From a virus, in IMG/VR virus record IMGVR_UViG_3300028024_000008, positions 89 through 64,088 of that record: a DNA stretch of 64,000 nucleotides; one strand, given 5' to 3'. Shown piece after piece: positions 8,412 to 17,081 of the stretch (position 1 is the first letter of the stretch; every line of letters starts with the position of its first letter). The position numbers were made by a program, and so were the translations under genes. The notes below the pieces were generated by a model. It saw only the letters and a list, made by a program, of their open reading frames with translations. It had not been told where the DNA came from and searched no databases.

Positions 8412-8663
8412 ATGTTCATTGCCAAGTCCATTGAGAAGATCAGAGCGTTCCGTGTCAGCCGTGGCTGGACACTGAGCAAACTCGCTCGCGAAGCAGGACT
8501 TCGCGAGAGTTCCATTCGCGATCTCGACAGGGATAGCTGGAATCCCGAGAGCAAAACGCTGCGCAAGTTGGAGACGATCATTCCGTCGGACTTCCAGCCG
8601 TCTGCCGGCGAAGTCGCGATGGAGATCAGCGCTGTTTCTTCGTCGGAAGGGCCGGACCAATGA
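8412..8663 (+). CDS. cro: Cro-like HTH regulator
   Basis: IRAFRVSRGWTLSKLAREAGLRESSIRDL XRE-type HTH; position divergent from cI. Confidence 0.8.
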   Translation: MFIAKSIEKIRAFRVSRGWTLSKLAREAGLRESSIRDLDRDSWNPESKTLRKLETIIPSDFQPSAGEVAMEISAVSSSEGPDQ

Positions 8664-8877
8664 TCTCGTCGGCGGCGATGCGCATGTATTCACGTCCGCG
8701 CATCTCGTCGCTGGGCGCCCAGCCATTGCGAAATTGGAAGTTGTCGATTGAGTGCTCTACGCCCTGCGTGAAGGTCTTGGCAAATTTCGGGTTGCCATGG
8801 AAGGCATGGGCGAGAAGCTGCGTTAAGATGATCTGCGCCGCGAGGGCCTCAGCGCGCTCTTTGAATTTCCGCATCAT
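8626..8877 (-). CDS. Hypothetical protein antisense to the PR operon
   Basis: GGGAGAGG RBS before MMRKFKERAE; 83 aa. Confidence 0.5.
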   Translation of the reverse strand: MMRKFKERAEALAAQIILTQLLAHAFHGNPKFAKTFTQGVEHSIDNFQFRNGWAPSDEMRGREYMRIAADEIIGPALPTKKQR

Positions 8878-9105
8878 TTTCCTCTCCCTTCCGGCGGTTG
8901 CACTGCGAGCCCTGCTAGGCTCGCTCCCAAGCACCGCCGTTTTCCGAAGGGTGCTTTAATGGCTGCTTCAACAGTCATCCGCACCTCTATCGATCGGCAG
9001 GCGCTCCAACGCCGGCCGAATGCGCGTCCGCTTCGAGAACCGCGAGCCATTCCAAGACACCGAGCCCTCTCATCGCGTGAAAATCATGCGACGGAGAGAG
9101 CCGAA

Positions 9106-9486
9106 ATGTCCTACCCCAATACCGGGAAAGTTTTACCGAACCCGCGGCAATGCCGTGACGAGCATCGCGCCCGCATCGCTGCCGCGCTCCGGCTTGCGCT
9201 GCAGAGCGGCCACTGGACGAAAGAGCAGATCATCTCGACCGCTCATATCGACCGGAAGACACTCGACAACTGGCTGAACGGATATTGCGATCCGACCAGC
9301 TGGCGCATTGCCGAGGTCTCCAACCTGCTCGGTCCCTGGTTCTTCATGCACATCTTTGGCGGCGATGTTGGTCGCGCCATGTTTGACCGGTTGCAAGCGC
9401 GCGTTGCCGCAGCGCTCAGTCAGCAGAGCATGGAGGCGGACCTCCGCGAAATCGCCGCCCAGATCTTCGAGAGGAAGGTAGGGTAA
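9106..9486 (+). CDS. CII-position HTH protein
   Basis: WTKEQIISTAHIDRKTLDNWLNGYCDPTSWRIAEV HTH-like; position after cro. Confidence 0.6.
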   Translation: MSYPNTGKVLPNPRQCRDEHRARIAAALRLALQSGHWTKEQIISTAHIDRKTLDNWLNGYCDPTSWRIAEVSNLLGPWFFMHIFGGDVGRAMFDRLQARVAAALSQQSMEADLREIAAQIFERKVG

Positions 9487-10241
9487 TGACTCCTCTCGCT
9501 CATCGAATCACGAACGAACTGATGCTGCCAATAAAGCGGCGCACATTCGTCGACAACTGCGGGTTGCTCGGTAAGCTCGATGACATTCACTGCTTTGAAG
9601 TCACTCCAGTTCTTGGGGTTGCAGCTAACCTAGCATTCAAGGTTGAGGAAGCGAGACGCGACACGGTTGGCATCTGCGACGACTTGCTATTTCTGCCGGC
9701 CCCTCGGACCTGGGTGGAATTTGAATCGCATGGGGGGCGCGCCGGCTTCCTTCTAGAGCAGAAAGAGACTCATACCGAAGTGCGCGCCGCCTTTCAGCAT
9801 GATGATCGCTTTGAATCTGCTCCGCGCATCGATCACTTTTCGTCTCGGCCAATCGAGATGGATGCCTTTGGGTGGGGATTTGTCGCTGCAGTCCTGATGA
9901 TGATTAATAGGCCGAAGATTTTTGGCCGTCGCCAGCATGATCCGCATCGTGGTCTTGCGCGAAAGCTGTTGGCTGGCCGCAGCATCTGCGGTCGGTTTCC
10001 TCTCCGCGCCTGGACAGAAATCATCCTTGAAGTCACGCCTCCGCGCGATGCTTCGAATGATGAGCCGTCAGAGACGCAGTTAACGGGGCAGCGCGCTCTC
10101 CATTTCGTGCGCGCCCATCTCGGCATTCGATGGGGTCAGCTCGTTTTGATTTCAGCTTGTTGGCGAGGAGATGCCTCCCTTGGCATCCGCCAGAGCAGAT
10201 ACCTCGTCGTCCCACCGAAATCCATGGAGGCATCAGCATGA
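9486..10241 (+). CDS. Hypothetical phage protein
   Basis: 251-aa ORF with TAATG coupling. Confidence 0.7.
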   Translation: MTPLAHRITNELMLPIKRRTFVDNCGLLGKLDDIHCFEVTPVLGVAANLAFKVEEARRDTVGICDDLLFLPAPRTWVEFESHGGRAGFLLEQKETHTEVRAAFQHDDRFESAPRIDHFSSRPIEMDAFGWGFVAAVLMMINRPKIFGRRQHDPHRGLARKLLAGRSICGRFPLRAWTEIILEVTPPRDASNDEPSETQLTGQRALHFVRAHLGIRWGQLVLISACWRGDASLGIRQSRYLVVPPKSMEASA

Positions 10242-10475
10242 GCGGCAAACCGGGCTTTCTCCCGAGCATCCGGATTAAGATTCCCTTCACCTCCTGGGTC
10301 ATCACGCTCGCCGTGCCGGCCTGGATCAGCCGCATCTGATTTTCAGAAATCCAAGGGGGAAGCATCCGGTCCCCGACCATGATGCGGCGATGTGGTCTGA
10401 GGACCCAGCGCCACCGATGCCAAGCCGGTGGAAGGCCGGCAACCTTCTGTCAACCCATAGAAAGGAAAGCAGGAC

Positions 10476-10751
10476 ATGTCCTGGTCTTATAACAAAACCG
10501 GTCGCGCCTCGAAGCTGGCCGAGGTCGTGAAAGATGGCTTCGCTTCAACTGGTGACTGCCCGGCCGGCAGCGCGGAGGAAGCGGCGAAGAATGCGCTTGG
10601 CGACGTCGCAGCGGCGCTTTGCGGCAGCCTCGCCGGTGACAAGGTCTGCGTGATCGAGGCCAGCGGCTCTGCCTGGAACAACCAGGACGGCACGGCGAAC
10701 AGCCAGGCCTGCCAGTTCAAGTTCTCCACCGTCGGCGATTTCATCGAATAA
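10476..10751 (+). CDS. Hypothetical protein
   Basis: AGGA RBS; high-GC codon bias. Confidence 0.65.
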   Translation: MSWSYNKTGRASKLAEVVKDGFASTGDCPAGSAEEAAKNALGDVAAALCGSLAGDKVCVIEASGSAWNNQDGTANSQACQFKFSTVGDFIE

Positions 10752-10881
10752 CTGATCTTCGGGCGCGCGATCCGGCGGTCGATCGGCGGCCGACCGGGCA
10801 TACCAAGCAGCGATTGGGGCGCCCTGATTCATTTCCCGATCGCAGCAAGCCGCCGACCTATCCCTTTCTCAGGAGAGTCAT

Positions 10882-11550
10882 ATGGCCGCCAAACTGCCCA
10901 AGCCCAGGAGCAAGAAGTCCGCGACCACCACGCAACCGGAACCGGAAGCCAAATCCGCCAAGCCGACGGCTTCGGCCCAGCCGCCGGCGCCGAATGCGCT
11001 CAGCCCCAGCCAGATGAAGGAGTTCGCCAAGAAGGCAGTCCGGCTGGAGAAGAACTATCAGTCGACGCGTGAGCGCGCCCAAGCCGAGATCTCGAGCGAA
11101 CTCGGCATCTACCGCGCGCATCTGAAGGACTTCAAGAAGCAGGGTGGCAATCCGGACGATCTGACCTGGTACATCCAGATGCTGAAGCGCGACCCGGACG
11201 AGATCGCCCGCGAGACCAACCGGCGCAATGAACTGGCGAAGCTGATGGATCTGCCGCTCTTCGCCCATGTCGGCGTCATGAAGGACGGCCGCACCGTCGC
11301 CACGGCGATCGAGGACGCGAAGACTGGCCCTGCATCAACGATTGAGCAGATCGAGGCCGAGGGCTATGTCGCCGGCAAAGCGGCCAAGCCCATGTCGGTC
11401 TGCGAATATGCAGAAGAGACGCCCGAGCATGATGCATTTCTGGCGGGATGGAAGAAGGGCCAGGGCGAAAACGCTGGTGTCAAGGCGCTGCCGAATGGCG
11501 GCCGCAAGGCCAACGGCAAAAACGGTGCGGCGGGAGCGATGGCGCACTGA
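10882..11550 (+). CDS. GapR/DUF2312-like helical protein with C-terminal Rmf/CrpP-like motif
   Basis: Helical core AEISSELGIYRAHLKDFKKQG; tail AEGYVAGKAAKPMSVCEY...DAFLAGWKKG. Confidence 0.5.
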   Translation: MAAKLPKPRSKKSATTTQPEPEAKSAKPTASAQPPAPNALSPSQMKEFAKKAVRLEKNYQSTRERAQAEISSELGIYRAHLKDFKKQGGNPDDLTWYIQMLKRDPDEIARETNRRNELAKLMDLPLFAHVGVMKDGRTVATAIEDAKTGPASTIEQIEAEGYVAGKAAKPMSVCEYAEETPEHDAFLAGWKKGQGENAGVKALPNGGRKANGKNGAAGAMAH

Positions 11551-11552
11551 TC

Positions 11553-12059
11553 ATGACCGACCGCAGGCTGGCATTCCTTGACATCGCGAAGTCCGCTGGC
11601 TGGGCGACCTCCAACGGTCGCGCCGACGTGCTTTTCGGCGTCAAGGAATTCCCGCGCGGTCAGCTCGCGACGACTGGCCAGGTCTTCCGCCTCTACCGGC
11701 AATGGCTCAGCGACTTCATTGCCATACACAATCCCACCGATCTCGCCTTCGAAGCGCCGATGTTTGCCGGCAACGCGGGCGAGGTTGCCTATCTGCTGAT
11801 CGGCATGGCGGCGATCACCGAAGAGTTCTGCAACGAGCGAGGCATACCCTGCTATCAGCAGACACCTGACGAGATCCGCAAGCATCTGCTCGGCTTTGCC
11901 CGGGGCAATGACATCAAGAGCCATGTCGGCTTCAAGCTGCGCCAGCTCGGTTACGATGTGGCTGATCACAATGCCGCCGATGCCTTGGCCGGCCTCATCT
12001 ACATGCAGGACTGCTTTCTGCCGGAAACGGCCGCGATTCTCGCCGGAACGGCGCAATGA
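11553..12059 (+). CDS. RuvC-like Holliday junction resolvase
   Basis: LAFLDIAKSAGWA, DLAFEAP and DHNAADALAG acidic motifs. Confidence 0.8.
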   Translation: MTDRRLAFLDIAKSAGWATSNGRADVLFGVKEFPRGQLATTGQVFRLYRQWLSDFIAIHNPTDLAFEAPMFAGNAGEVAYLLIGMAAITEEFCNERGIPCYQQTPDEIRKHLLGFARGNDIKSHVGFKLRQLGYDVADHNAADALAGLIYMQDCFLPETAAILAGTAQ

Positions 12060-12262
12060 CGGCGGAACGCAACCCCGGCCCCGACTGCAGCCTCTTCGTC
12101 GGCGATCATGTCGTCCACATGGAAGGCTGGGAAGGCGCCGTCGAGGCGATCAGCATCCTCGCCGATGGTGCCATCGAGGTCAAAGTCTCCCGCGATACCG
12201 GCGGCACATGGACCGGGCTTCGCGGCTATCTGCAATTCGATGGCCGCAACAAAGCGGCATAG
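12056..12262 (+). CDS. Hypothetical protein
   Basis: ATGA-coupled. Confidence 0.55.
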   Translation: MTAERNPGPDCSLFVGDHVVHMEGWEGAVEAISILADGAIEVKVSRDTGGTWTGLRGYLQFDGRNKAA

Positions 12263-12270
12263 GGGGCGAT

Positions 12271-12576
12271 ATGTTCAAGAATATTCTACTGGGCGCCGCG
12301 ATGGCGATGGGCAGCTTCCTGCGCCTGCCGGCGACCCATCCGCACCATGATGACGGCCGGCATCGAGAGATCCCGGCGAGCCGTGTCCGGCGTCATTCAC
12401 GCCGCAGCAAGCAGGCGCTGAACCAGAAGCCGGTCTTCCTGCGCGATGAATGGACCATCATGGTGGCACGGCTGACCAACTGGCAGCGCAATCAATGGGC
12501 CCGCGCCGGCTATCCAGGTCTCGTCAAGCGCGATGTCACCAAGCTTCGTCTCTATGCGGATATGAGCCGTCGGTAA
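12271..12576 (+). CDS. Hypothetical protein
   Basis: GGGGG RBS before MFKNILLGAAM. Confidence 0.5.
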   Translation: MFKNILLGAAMAMGSFLRLPATHPHHDDGRHREIPASRVRRHSRRSKQALNQKPVFLRDEWTIMVARLTNWQRNQWARAGYPGLVKRDVTKLRLYADMSRR

Positions 12577-12599
12577 CAGATTGAGGGACAGGGGCAGAC

Positions 12600-13478
12600 A
12601 TGGGGCAAGCAGCGCGGGCGATCCAGGAACCGGTGACACAGCTTTCCCAGCTCGGTGAGCGGCCGCAGCTGGTCTGGCTGCCGATCGGCAAGCTCGAGAC
12701 CGATCCTTCCTATCAGCGCAGCATGGCCGGCCGCGTCAGCCAGAAGCTGATCCGTCACATTGCTCTCAATTTCACCTGGTCGCGCTTCCAGGTCCTGACC
12801 GTGACAGCGAAGCCAGGCGAGGGCTGGACCGTGCCGGGTTGGCTGATCATCGACGGCCAGCACAGGGCGGCGGCGGCGCTTCTCCGCGGCGACATCGCGG
12901 AATTGCCCTGCATCATCCTCGATCTGCCGGACCGGGCCGCCCAAGCGCAGGCCTTCGTCGCCCTGAACCGCGACCGGGTCGCCATCAACCGGCTGCAGAT
13001 GCATCATGCCGCCGCGGCGGCTGGTGATCCGGCTTCGATCCAGCTCAATGAGATCTGCGCCGCCGCCGGCATCGAGATCCCGCGCAACATCGTGCCGAAG
13101 GGGATCTTGAAAGCGCACCAGACCATGGCCGTCTCGACCCTGCAGCGCATCCTTCGCGAGCAGGGCGCCGAAACCATCCAGGGCGCCTTGAAGCTGACAC
13201 GTCTCGCCTGGCCGAGCCGACCGTGCCCGGCGGATCTGATCGATAGCATCGCTTTCTTCATCTCGAACCAGCACGGCGAGTTCGACCTCGATCATCTGCT
13301 GATGATCCTGAAGCTGAGAATGCCGGATTCCTGGCTCGAGATCAGCCGGCGCCGGAAATATGAGGATAACTGCAAGATCACCCGCGCCGTGACGCTGTCG
13401 ATCATGGCGACCTATAACGCCAAGGCTCCGGCGAATCTCGCGAAACTGAAGCTGGAGGTCGCCAATGCCGGCGCCTAG
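12600..13478 (+). CDS. ParB/Srx-like (DGQHR, DUF6551-like) protein
   Basis: LETDPSYQR and LIIDGQHRAAAA motifs. Confidence 0.75.
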   Translation: MGQAARAIQEPVTQLSQLGERPQLVWLPIGKLETDPSYQRSMAGRVSQKLIRHIALNFTWSRFQVLTVTAKPGEGWTVPGWLIIDGQHRAAAALLRGDIAELPCIILDLPDRAAQAQAFVALNRDRVAINRLQMHHAAAAAGDPASIQLNEICAAAGIEIPRNIVPKGILKAHQTMAVSTLQRILREQGAETIQGALKLTRLAWPSRPCPADLIDSIAFFISNQHGEFDLDHLLMILKLRMPDSWLEISRRRKYEDNCKITRAVTLSIMATYNAKAPANLAKLKLEVANAGA

Positions 13479-14634
13479 CAAGATGCCACCGATCAGCCGC
13501 GAAGAGGCCGAGTATCTCATCGCGCGGCACATCGCCGAGAAGGGTGTCACGCTTTGCAAGGCGGGCGTCGCCATCGGGGCGCCGGTGCATCAGCTGCAAG
13601 CCGACCCGGCAACGATGCTCAAGTTTCCGGATGGCGGGTCGCTGCCTTCGACCGGCGGTGGTGCACGCGCACAGATCAAGGAGATCGCGCGGCGGAAACA
13701 GGAATTCATCGAGATCAACACGTTGTCAGGCTTCAAACCCGGAACCGATGTCCCGCCAAAACCGGCGCCGCGGCCGGTCATGGTGACGATCCATGCCGCG
13801 AAGCCCCTGGCCAAGCCGACAGCTGCGGCGCTGCAGGCCGTGGCGCATGTTGCGGCGGCTGCCGATGGGGGGGGCATGCCAGCTAAGCGCGCCTATACCC
13901 AACATGAGGGGCCGAAACGCCGCTTCGAGAAGCATTTCAAGCCCGGCAAGCCGAACGTGCTGGCGCGTGATCATGCTGCCATCGTCAACGCCCATAGCTT
14001 CTTCCCATCGACCGTCAAGCCGGCCGCCGGCGAGTTCCAGCTGCTGAAATCCGGCGAACATCAGCGCAAGATCGGCAGCCATGTCGTCAAGGGCGACTGG
14101 GCGCAGATGCCGATCTTCACCCTGACGCTGGAGGAGCGCACGACCTGCCCGCGGTCCTGCGGTCATTGGCGCGACTGCTATGGCAACAACATGCATTGGT
14201 CGACGCGGATCTCGGCAGATGAAACCTTCCTGCCTAAGTTGGAGCGCGAGCTTGGCGCCTTGAACATGATCCACCGCGACGGCTTCGTCGTCCGGCTGCA
14301 TATCCTTGGTGACTTCTTCTCGGCCGATTACGCCAGGTTCTGGCAGCGCATGCTGGCGACACTCCGAGCCCTCAGGATCTTCGGCTATACCGCCCGAACC
14401 CCTTCCGATGCCATCGGCGTGGTCATCGATTCGATGAACCGGGAATCGCGCGGAAACTGCCTGATCCGCTTTTCCAATGGCGTCGCATATGTCCCCCGCA
14501 CGGTGACGATCGACAAGCCGGAGCAGGCCGGTGCGGCGATCATCTGCCCGGCGCAGACCGAGAAAACCGCCTGCTGCGGCACCTGCGCGCTATGTTGGTC
14601 GAGCGATAAACCAATCGCGTTCCTGAGGCATTGA
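13465..14634 (+). CDS. GP88-like Cys-rich (radical-SAM-like) protein with low-complexity N-terminus
   Basis: TCPRSCGHWRDCY, VRLHILGDF and CPAQ...CCGTCALCW motifs. Confidence 0.6.
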   Translation: MPAPSKMPPISREEAEYLIARHIAEKGVTLCKAGVAIGAPVHQLQADPATMLKFPDGGSLPSTGGGARAQIKEIARRKQEFIEINTLSGFKPGTDVPPKPAPRPVMVTIHAAKPLAKPTAAALQAVAHVAAAADGGGMPAKRAYTQHEGPKRRFEKHFKPGKPNVLARDHAAIVNAHSFFPSTVKPAAGEFQLLKSGEHQRKIGSHVVKGDWAQMPIFTLTLEERTTCPRSCGHWRDCYGNNMHWSTRISADETFLPKLERELGALNMIHRDGFVVRLHILGDFFSADYARFWQRMLATLRALRIFGYTARTPSDAIGVVIDSMNRESRGNCLIRFSNGVAYVPRTVTIDKPEQAGAAIICPAQTEKTACCGTCALCWSSDKPIAFLRH

Positions 14635-14635
14635 G

Positions 14636-15022
14636 ATGGGGATCGATCTTCACGCGCATATCAAGCGGCTGGCGGGCGAACTCGAAGAGGCGAAGCTCAG
14701 GATCCGTGAACTCGAGGACGCCCTCGGCGCCGGTTTTCAGGCACCGCTAGCCCTCGGCCTGACGAAACATGAGGGGCAGCTGCTCGGCCTTCTGGTCAAA
14801 CGCCAGGCCGTCATGCGTGAGATGGCGATGGCGGTCATGTATGGAGACGCCGCGCGGCAGCCGCAGGATGACCGCATTCTCGATGTCTATATCGCCAGGA
14901 TCCGCAAGAAGCTGGATCAGTTCGGTATCGAGATAAAAACCATGTGGGGCTCCGGCTGGGTGATCGAGCCTGAGCACAAGGCCAAGATCCATGCGCTCAC
15001 GGCCGATGAGGTGCCGGTATGA
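14636..15022 (+). CDS. Receiver-less OmpR/CtrA-type winged-helix regulator
   Basis: LTKHEGQLLGLL...ILDVYIARIRKKL...IKTMWGSGW. Confidence 0.85.
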   Translation: MGIDLHAHIKRLAGELEEAKLRIRELEDALGAGFQAPLALGLTKHEGQLLGLLVKRQAVMREMAMAVMYGDAARQPQDDRILDVYIARIRKKLDQFGIEIKTMWGSGWVIEPEHKAKIHALTADEVPV

Positions 15023-15591
15023 GAACCGACTGGCCCTTCGGCGAGCTGCAGATGTTTGGCTTCGATCTCGTGATGATCGATATCCCCTGGTCGTTCGAAA
15101 CCTGGAGCGATGCCGGCAAGCGGGAAAAATCGCCCGAAAGCCACTACGAGACGATGACTCTCGACGAGATCCGATCTTTGCCGGTCATGGATCTCTTTGG
15201 CCGGGACGGTCTTCTTTGGGCTTGGGCGACACACCCGATGATCGATCAGCAGATCGACATGGTGAAGCGTTGGGGCTTCAAGTTCGTAACCACCGGCGTT
15301 TGGGTGAAGCGGACACGGACTGGGAAGCTAGCCTTTGGCACCGGTTACCGCCTTCGCTGCGCCTCTGAACCCTTCATCATCGCCACCACCGGCAGTCCTG
15401 TTACCAGCAGGTCGATCCGCACCGTCATCGAAGGCCCGATCCGTGACCATAGCCGGAAGCCGGATGAGGCTTATAGAGAGGCTGAAAAGATGATGCCGAA
15501 CGCGCGCCGCGCGGACGTCTTTGCCCGCCAACGGCGTTCAGGGTGGGCAGCTTTTGGCAACGAAATCGACAAGTTTAAGGCCGTGGCGTAA
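15019..15591 (+). CDS. MT-A70 family adenine methyltransferase
   Basis: DLVMIDIPW, HYETMTLDEIRSLPV, LWAWAT, HSRKP and DVFARQRRSGWAAFGNE motifs. Confidence 0.9.
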   Translation: MRTDWPFGELQMFGFDLVMIDIPWSFETWSDAGKREKSPESHYETMTLDEIRSLPVMDLFGRDGLLWAWATHPMIDQQIDMVKRWGFKFVTTGVWVKRTRTGKLAFGTGYRLRCASEPFIIATTGSPVTSRSIRTVIEGPIRDHSRKPDEAYREAEKMMPNARRADVFARQRRSGWAAFGNEIDKFKAVA

Positions 15592-17081
15592 TGGGGAACA
15601 TGCCAGCCCCGCAGTCGCGTGAGATCGAATTTCCGCCAGACCTCTTCGTGCCGGAAGCCGAGATCGCCTTGCTTGCCGCGATCATGGCCGATAACTCGGT
15701 CATCTACCGCGTCAACGGCTGGCTGGAGCCGACATATTTTGGTGATCCGCTGCGGGCCCGTATCTTCGAGGCCATGCGCGCCATGGCGAAGGACAAGGCC
15801 AAGATCAACTCGGTGACCTTGCTGCCATACTTCGCGCAGGACCGCGCCTTCGCCGATTGGGAAGGCATGACGCCGCAGAAATATCTCGTCGATCTGGCGC
15901 AATCGGTTGTCAGCGTGATCAATGGCGAGGATTACGGCCGGCCGATCGTCGAGGCCTTTGTGCGCCGAAAACTGATGCGGCAGGCGGAAGAGCTGACCGA
16001 AAGTGCCATCAATGACCGCTTCGAAATGGATGGCGGCAGCTTCTCCCTGACGCCGGAACAGGCGACGGCCAAGATCATCGCCGACAATCGTCAGAAGCTG
16101 CTGGATCTCGAGGAGACGCTGCAGGGGCCGAAGGAAGCCGAGACCCTCGAATCTATCGGCGATAGAGCATTGCAGGCGATCGAGGCGTCATACCTTGCCA
16201 AGGCGCCAGTCGGTGGCATTCCGACCGGCTTGGTGGACCTCGATAAGAAACTCGGTGGCTTCTTTCCCGGCGAGCTCGTGATCGGTGGCGGCCGGCCCGG
16301 CATGGGCAAGACGGTCTTTGCCGCTACCTGCGCCTGGCGGGCGGCCTATGGCGGCATCCCGTCGGTCTTCTTCTCGAAGGAAATGTCGTCCGAGCAGCTG
16401 TTCCAGCGCATCCTCGCCATGGAGACCGGAATCGGCACCGAGAAGCAGCGGACCGGCAAGATCAGCGATCAGGAATTCAGCGACCTCATCGAAGCGAAAA
16501 GGCGTATCGGCGCCCTACCAATCCACATCATCGATGAGGCCCGTATCACGACATCGATGATCGAAGCAAAGGCCCGAGGCATCCTGAAGCCGGGAAAGCC
16601 CGGTATCGTCATCATCGACTATCTCCAGCTGATTACCGGCGAGGGCGGCTCCCGCAATGCCAACCGGGTCGAGGAGCTGACCAAAATCACCCGGGAGCTG
16701 AAGCTGATGGCAAAAAGTCTGCGCGCCCCCGTCCTGGCGCTTTCCCAGATCAATCGCGGGGTCGAGGGCCGAGATGACAAGCGGCCGCAGCTGGCCGATC
16801 TCCGCGAATCCGGATCGATCGAGCAGGATGCCGACCAGGTCCTGCTGTTCTACCGGGAGGAATATTACCTCGAACGGAATGAGCCGAGGCGCAAACCCGG
16901 GGAAGGCGACGCCTCCTTCAAGGAGCGCTGGAATGACCATCAGGCCGACATGGAGCGCTGCCGCGGCCTCGCCGAGATCATCGTCGGCAAACAGCGCTTC
17001 GGGTCGGGTGGTGCCGTCAAAGTGGCCTTCCTGGGTGAAGCGCAGCGGTTCGACGATTTGCAGCATGGGGGCTATGAGTGA
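15591..17081 (+). CDS. dnaB: Replicative DNA helicase (DnaB family)
   Basis: GGRPGMGKT, IIDYLQL, LSQINRGVEGRDDKRPQLADLRESGSIEQDAD. Confidence 0.95.
   Translation: MGNMPAPQSREIEFPPDLFVPEAEIALLAAIMADNSVIYRVNGWLEPTYFGDPLRARIFEAMRAMAKDKAKINSVTLLPYFAQDRAFADWEGMTPQKYLVDLAQSVVSVINGEDYGRPIVEAFVRRKLMRQAEELTESAINDRFEMDGGSFSLTPEQATAKIIADNRQKLLDLEETLQGPKEAETLESIGDRALQAIEASYLAKAPVGGIPTGLVDLDKKLGGFFPGELVIGGGRPGMGKTVFAATCAWRAAYGGIPSVFFSKEMSSEQLFQRILAMETGIGTEKQRTGKISDQEFSDLIEAKRRIGALPIHIIDEARITTSMIEAKARGILKPGKPGIVIIDYLQLITGEGGSRNANRVEELTKITRELKLMAKSLRAPVLALSQINRGVEGRDDKRPQLADLRESGSIEQDADQVLLFYREEYYLERNEPRRKPGEGDASFKERWNDHQADMERCRGLAEIIVGKQRFGSGGAVKVAFLGEAQRFDDLQHGGYE

Noticed and set aside
10340-10475. Structured ncRNA in an intergenic gap
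   Set aside because: Several short stems are possible, but none beyond what high GC predicts, and no family is recognised
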